Assembly: GCA_001643675.2 (NCBI GenBank)
Contig: LSRY02000015.1
Location: forward strand, 1,674,001 to 1,738,000
Source of the DNA: Monocercomonoides exilis PA203
Taxonomy: Eukaryota; Protista; Preaxostyla
DNA length: 64,000 bases
Direction of reading: 5' to 3'
Under the pieces are notes generated by a model. The model did no database searches. It was not told the DNA's origin and was given only the letters and a program-made list of their open reading frames with translations. Both the position numbers and the translations under genes were made by a program. Below, piece by piece: positions 59,106 to 64,000 of this stretch. Each line of letters begins with the position of its first letter. Positions within the stretch are counted from its first letter, which is position 1.

Positions 59106-59208
59106 TCAAATGTGGCTACTGACCCATAGATTGTGGCGTCTCTCAAAAAGAGAAGGAATTGATGAAACACTTTCTTGATAATTAAGGTGCTTATGCACTT
59201 TAATTAAA
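59106..59208 (-). repeat. DIRS left ITR with 5' extension
   Basis: Matches the right ITR (inverted) and the ICR. Begins TTT on the minus strand. Confidence 0.92.
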
Positions 59209-59978
59209 GTTTAAATTGAAAAAAAAATGTGAATATTTAAATTATCTTGAAATGAATATTGAATCATGAAAAATTACAACTTGGAAGCGATTTTTTGTAG
59301 CCATTATTTTAATTTATGCATTGGTGGAATTCACTTGGATGATTATGAGTTTTGTTTAAAGAGTTTTTGAAGTTATCTCATCGTCAATGATTTTTCAAAA
59401 GCAATTGTTTTCCATTCTATCGAAACGAACAAATTGCCGAAAATAAAAAAATAATCAGTATTGTTTATTACTGAGGGAAAAAATAAAAATAAGTTTTATG
59501 AATAAAAGTTGAATTGTATCGTTTTCTGAAAATAGAAACATTCATCAAAAGCCATAATGTCAAAAACAAAAATAATTTTTTGTTTCAAAAATTCAACAAA
59601 ATCTCGATATCTTGCATATAACCAGATGCGTTATACACCGATAAATAATTGTCTTTATAATTGAAATTTTATTTTTGAAATTCATCGAGCAATTCGAATT
59701 TTCATAAAATAGTTTGGGTTTTAAAAAAGTGTCAGTTTAGTTGAAACCCAATGAAACGTTTTGTAATGATAAATGTGAAATCGATCCCAAAATCTTATTC
59801 ATTTCATAACTGACAATACATCAATAACTTTTTCAAACATTAAATATAAAATTCATCTCTTTGAATTAATTTAAATTGAACATGTGAAACAAAGAAATTT
59901 CACATAATTTGTTTTGGACGAATAAAAATTCAAGAATATTGATGGATCAAAACCCAAACTTAGTGTTTATTTCATAAT

Positions 59979-62900
59979 ATGGAAAAAGAAAAGGAAAAGA
60001 AAAAAATGAAAATAATGAAACAATTCAAATCGTTAAATGTTGTTTTGATGATTTTCATTGTTGATTCTTTGAATACACATTCTATTTTGTCAACATTCAA
60101 TGAAGAGAAAAATGAATTAAAAAGAATTGATGAGTTGGTAAACATCAACATTGGGAGCAGGAAAAGCACAATCGAAGGATCAATCATTTTCTCGAATTCA
60201 ACATGTGGAATGGAAAACATCAGAATTGTGCAGAAAGGAGATGGAAGTGCTGTCTGCTGTGTTTTCTCATCGGATGTTGAAGGCACCAAGATTGAGATTG
60301 TTGACAGAAGCAGCCACAATGAACATCCGTTCCTTGTTGAGGATTCTAGCCTTCACTTGATGAATGCCACACTGATTGTTGAAAACAAAGAGATCAGTTC
60401 GCCTTCTCTTGTTGGTTATCCAAGAAAGCATGAGTTCAGATATTCTAAAAGAACATCATCAACTGGAATGCTGATTGTTGAGCAGTCACTGTTTTCATCA
60501 ATCTCAGTTTCATCCCCGCCATTTCTTTCTTCACCATCACTTACCGAGATTAATGTGGGAAATTCCATATTCTGCAACATTTCTTCTTGCAAGCATCACA
60601 TCCTTCCCAATTCCTATAGATTTCACAGATTGCAAACACGAGCTGAAAGTTGCTCTTTTGTGTCTGTGCATGATGCATTTGATGGAGGTGTATTTGAGTC
60701 AGTCAATGCCCCAGGTGCTTCATTCCAATCGTTCAACAACTCATTCATGAACTGTGCCAAAACATCATTTTCTGGGAACAGCAACATGGAGAGAAAGACT
60801 TTTGATGGTGGATCACACTCATTCTCAAACTGTGAATGGCATAACACAAAAACTGAAAATGTTTGGGAAGGAAATGTTGATTGGGATTTAAAAGTTTGTG
60901 GAGGCGCTATTGGCATTCATGGAAATTCAGAAACAGTTGTTGTTATTGACAGTTGCATTTTCGACAATTGTTCTTGTGGTAGATATGGAGGTGCTGTGAT
61001 GGTGTTTCATGCTGGCAATACATATATGGACAGAATGAAAGGTGAAAATTGTTCTGGAGGATCTGGCGCATTTGGCATGCTAAATGACTTAATTGATCTT
61101 CGAATAGCAAACTCGAATTTTAAAAACTGCTCAGTGAGTGATTTCGGTGCATTACGTCTGCAATCTTTTAATGTCATCCATTCTGAAAATGAATTAACTG
61201 TTCCTGTTGTTTGTAATTGTTCATTCACTCTTTCAGATTCAAATCTGACAACTTGCGCTTTCATTTGTTTACACAATATGTTTCAGCCATATTCCATATC
61301 TGAAAGTTTATTTTTTAATGGTTTCACAAAAATATTAGGAGGAGCAATATCTATCTATTGGAGGGATGCATATGGAACAATTTCAGAAAAGCCATGGTTG
61401 TATTTCTGTTTCTTCCACAACAACACGGCAGGAGATGGAAATGGAGATGATGTGTCAATACGAGACTCGTTTTCATATATGCCAGAGACCACAGTGCTGA
61501 GTGTGTCGTCATTCACAACGAAGACAAGTGGAAGCAGTGTGTGGCACTCTCGATTTGGAACAAAGAACGAGTGGCTGAGTGTGGGGATTCTGAGGAGATA
61601 TGTGGATGCGGAGGGAAGAGAAGAGGTTGGATGTGGGATATACGAGTGGGATGGGTGCAAGACAGTGGAATATGCAGTGGATCAAGCAAGCTCAGCTGGG
61701 GAGCAGCGGCTGCAGCTGGCGGAGTGCACATTCAGGATCACAAGAACGGTGGATGTGGGGGGAAAGACGATTGTGATGAATGGGCTTGGGGACAGCGGGA
61801 CAATAGTGAAATCGGAGCTGATGGGAGGGTCATCGACAATGGTGAGGATCGGGGATGGGGCATTGAGTGCCGCCTCGATGAAGATACTGCACACATCCAG
61901 GGCGTCACCATCACCGCGGCTGTTTGAGATGACTTCGGCATCAGGCACTCTCTCGCTGTGTTGCATCACGATCACCTCGCAGGATGTGGGAACAGCAGAC
62001 TTGGTTGTGAGCACATCACCCTTTTTGATATATCTGTCTCAGATGCGAATGGAAAGCACAAGGGTTGAGAACATGGTGCTGTCTGTGGTGGTGTTCAGCG
62101 AGAAAGAGCCATCTGGAGCTGGAGCATCGAGCTTGGCGAATGTGACGCTGGAGAACATCACGCGCACAGATGGAGATGGGGCTGTTCTCTCTGTCAGTGT
62201 GGGCAGAGAGCGTGAGGTTAGTGTGGAAAACACAACGCTGAAGAACTGTGTGTGCACAGGTGGAAACGGGGGAGGGGTGTTTGTTTCTCTGGGGCCTGGA
62301 GGCTATGTGGGGATAGGAGGCAATTTGGAAGTGGGGTTTGATGGGTGTTGTGTTCCGTTGGAAGAGGCAGCGAAAAGGAAAGGAGGAGGGGTGTATCTTC
62401 TGTGCTCGGGAAGTGATTGGGAGTTCAGTGTGAAAAAGTGCACATTCAGGGAGTGCAAGGCCTGGAAAGGGAGGAACATGTTTGTGGCAGCACCAGACTT
62501 GTCGACAGCTGTGAACAGCAGTTCAATCGGATTCAATGCGGAGACCGGGGTAAATAGAGCAGAATTTGATGAGCTGAGTGGGATGGAGAGCAGCAATGCG
62601 GGGCTGATTGTCCCACTGGTTCTGTTTCTGCGGGAGTTCCAGCCACCCGCATATGTGGGTGGGAAGGCAGCGGGGCTGGACTTCAGGCTGTGTGGATTTG
62701 CAGACTACATGTGCAAAACGATCGGAAGCGCTGGGACATATCGGTTCCCGAACTCGAAGCGGATATTGAGGCTGGCAGAGACATTTGTGTTTGATGAGGA
62801 GACGAAGCTGGACAAAGGGCCGTATGAGGTGGATGCGAGCAGCAAAAGCAAGGGAGTGAAAGTGGAGGCAGCAGGACCGAAAGTGCAGGATGCGCTGGTG

Positions 62901-64000
62901 ATGAGCAGCGTCACAGCCACATTCACGAACATCAGCTTTGAGCTGGGGGCTTCGATCGGCGGCCGCTCGACATTTGTATATTCATCGGCAGGCGATGTGA
63001 AATTCATCGACTGTGCGATTGATGGGGCCAGGGGCGGGAGTGGGGTGGAATACGGGTTTGTGAGTGTGAGTGGAGGGAGCGTGCAGATGCTGAGGGTGAG
63101 CTGTGGAGGCGAGAGAGAAGTGACGTTTGGGAGTTATGTGGTGCTTGTGAATGGAAGCGGGGCCTGCACCGTCGACCAGATGACGATGAACCAGATGAGA
63201 GTTAGCGAGGGCAGAAGTGGGAGCCAAGGGATCATTGAACTGGCAACAAGCAGCCCAACCACAATCCACAACAGCACTATTGCGAATGTTGTGCTGGGGT
63301 CGGGAGGGCTGATCCATTTTGCAGAGGGATCATCGCTGAAGATGAAAAACACATCGTTCATGAGCATTGGCAGGAGCGGTGGAGGCGGGGCGTGCCTGGA
63401 GCTGGATGAAGCGTGCGGGAGGAAGCAGAGTGTGTGGATAGAGAACTGCTCATTCAGCGCCTGCAAAGTGGATGGAGATGGAAGCTGTGGTGGAGGAGTA
63501 TATGCTATGCTGGATGTCTCGAGTGAGCTTCATGTGTCGTCGACACGGTTTGAAGGATGTCAGGCACCCTCAGAAGGCGGGACAAACGGGAAAGGTGGGG
63601 GTTTGCTGTTGAATGTGCTGGATGCAGGTGTGCTGTTTGAGCTGTCAGCAACCCTTGCATTTGAGGCAAACCAAGCGGAATACGGAGCTGACCTGTTTGT
63701 GGCATCTCCTGACCTGAAAGCAAGCGTCACAAAAGAACACATCCTGTTTGCAATTCCGTTGACAGGAAGCACAAGAGCAGCAATGGGGGTGGATTCGAAG
63801 TGGAGCGATCTGACTATTCCGCTGATGTATTATCTGTGTGATGATCCGCCATGCATGCACATGGGGAACGACGGGCATGATGTGGTTGTGTGTGGGCATG
63901 AGCAGTTCCGATGCAAGTGTGTGGACTATGCTGTGAGGAGGGTGATCGGGAAACAGCATGCTCTGGCGTTTGGCGACTCGTATCTGTTTGAAGAGAGCGT
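59979..64000 (+). CDS. Large surface-family receptor-like protein, 5' part (appears to run off the window end; missing from the ORF track because no stop lies inside the window)
   Basis: Manual translation from the ATG at 59979 gives ...NVVLMIFIVDSL..., HDAFDGG, SFSNCEW, GGAIGI, YFCFFHNN, EVGCG..DGCKTVEYA, and further on GGGVYL...CKAWKGRNMFV, LCGFADYMCKTI, VCGHEQFRCKCVDYA. Same architecture as the N-terminal half of 28273-36000. Start could be 59979, 60006 or 60015. Confidence 0.85.
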   Translation, partial: MEKEKEKKKMKIMKQFKSLNVVLMIFIVDSLNTHSILSTFNEEKNELKRIDELVNINIGSRKSTIEGSIIFSNSTCGMENIRIVQKGDGSAVCCVFSSDVEGTKIEIVDRSSHNEHPFLVEDSSLHLMNATLIVENKEISSPSLVGYPRKHEFRYSKRTSSTGMLIVEQSLFSSISVSSPPFLSSPSLTEINVGNSIFCNISSCKHHILPNSYRFHRLQTRAESCSFVSVHDAFDGGVFESVNAPGASFQSFNNSFMNCAKTSFSGNSNMERKTFDGGSHSFSNCEWHNTKTENVWEGNVDWDLKVCGGAIGIHGNSETVVVIDSCIFDNCSCGRYGGAVMVFHAGNTYMDRMKGENCSGGSGAFGMLNDLIDLRIANSNFKNCSVSDFGALRLQSFNVIHSENELTVPVVCNCSFTLSDSNLTTCAFICLHNMFQPYSISESLFFNGFTKILGGAISIYWRDAYGTISEKPWLYFCFFHNNTAGDGNGDDVSIRDSFSYMPETTVLSVSSFTTKTSGSSVWHSRFGTKNEWLSVGILRRYVDAEGREEVGCGIYEWDGCKTVEYAVDQASSAGEQRLQLAECTFRITRTVDVGGKTIVMNGLGDSGTIVKSELMGGSSTMVRIGDGALSAASMKILHTSRASPSPRLFEMTSASGTLSLCCITITSQDVGTADLVVSTSPFLIYLSQMRMESTRVENMVLSVVVFSEKEPSGAGASSLANVTLENITRTDGDGAVLSVSVGREREVSVENTTLKNCVCTGGNGGGVFVSLGPGGYVGIGGNLEVGFDGCCVPLEEAAKRKGGGVYLLCSGSDWEFSVKKCTFRECKAWKGRNMFVAAPDLSTAVNSSSIGFNAETGVNRAEFDELSGMESSNAGLIVPLVLFLREFQPPAYVGGKAAGLDFRLCGFADYMCKTIGSAGTYRFPNSKRILRLAETFVFDEETKLDKGPYEVDASSKSKGVKVEAAGPKVQDALVMSSVTATFTNISFELGASIGGRSTFVYSSAGDVKFIDCAIDGARGGSGVEYGFVSVSGGSVQMLRVSCGGEREVTFGSYVVLVNGSGACTVDQMTMNQMRVSEGRSGSQGIIELATSSPTTIHNSTIANVVLGSGGLIHFAEGSSLKMKNTSFMSIGRSGGGGACLELDEACGRKQSVWIENCSFSACKVDGDGSCGGGVYAMLDVSSELHVSSTRFEGCQAPSEGGTNGKGGGLLLNVLDAGVLFELSATLAFEANQAEYGADLFVASPDLKASVTKEHILFAIPLTGSTRAAMGVDSKWSDLTIPLMYYLCDDPPCMHMGNDGHDVVVCGHEQFRCKCVDYAVRRVIGKQHALAFGDSYLFEES

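Larger units (their letters stand above)
54614..59208 (-). mobile_element. DIRS1-type tyrosine-recombinase retrotransposon, structurally complete (about 4.6 kb), pol frame interrupted by two stops
   Basis: Inverted terminal repeats (59118-59163 vs 54634-54679, 46 bp perfect) with unique left and right extensions. ICR at 54823-54923. gag-like, RT/RH/MT and YR ORFs in overlapping frames. TTT termini. Confidence 0.95.

Overview
Eukaryotic, AT-rich-intergenic genomic window read in the standard genetic code, with short spliceosomal introns. Gene content and style point to an anaerobic metamonad protist, most likely an oxymonad such as Monocercomonoides (inferred from recognising the gene families, not from a search). 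Contents: (1) five members of one surface type-I membrane protein family with Cys/Gly beta-helix-like ectodomain repeats. Two end in a highly conserved tyrosine-kinase-like pseudokinase C-lobe (9-4343 +, 28273-36000 -), two are short with other tails (47040-49703 -, 49908-51956 +), and one is 3'-truncated by the window edge (59979->64000 +, absent from the ORF track). (2) A 4-exon, ~5,600-aa Nup188-like nucleoporin inflated by Ser-rich insertions (6606-23698 -). (3) Ribosomal protein L5. (4) A stand-alone Fe-alcohol dehydrogenase resembling the ADH half of bacterial AdhE. (5) A 6-exon PH-domain/RS-rich gene with a probable GC-AG intron, head-to-head with a 4-exon SPRY gene. (6) Three different inverted-repeat/MITE-like elements, one present twice. 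(7) A structurally complete DIRS1-type tyrosine-recombinase retrotransposon (54614-59208 -) with ITRs, ICR, gag, RT/RNase H/methyltransferase (two in-frame stops) and an overlapping YR frame. The strongest leads are the modular receptor-pseudokinase family, in which two paralogs carry a compositionally distinct, divergent cassette at the same position, and the DIRS element, whose circle junction and target share a 6-bp TTTAAT core and whose recombinase has a non-canonical active site.
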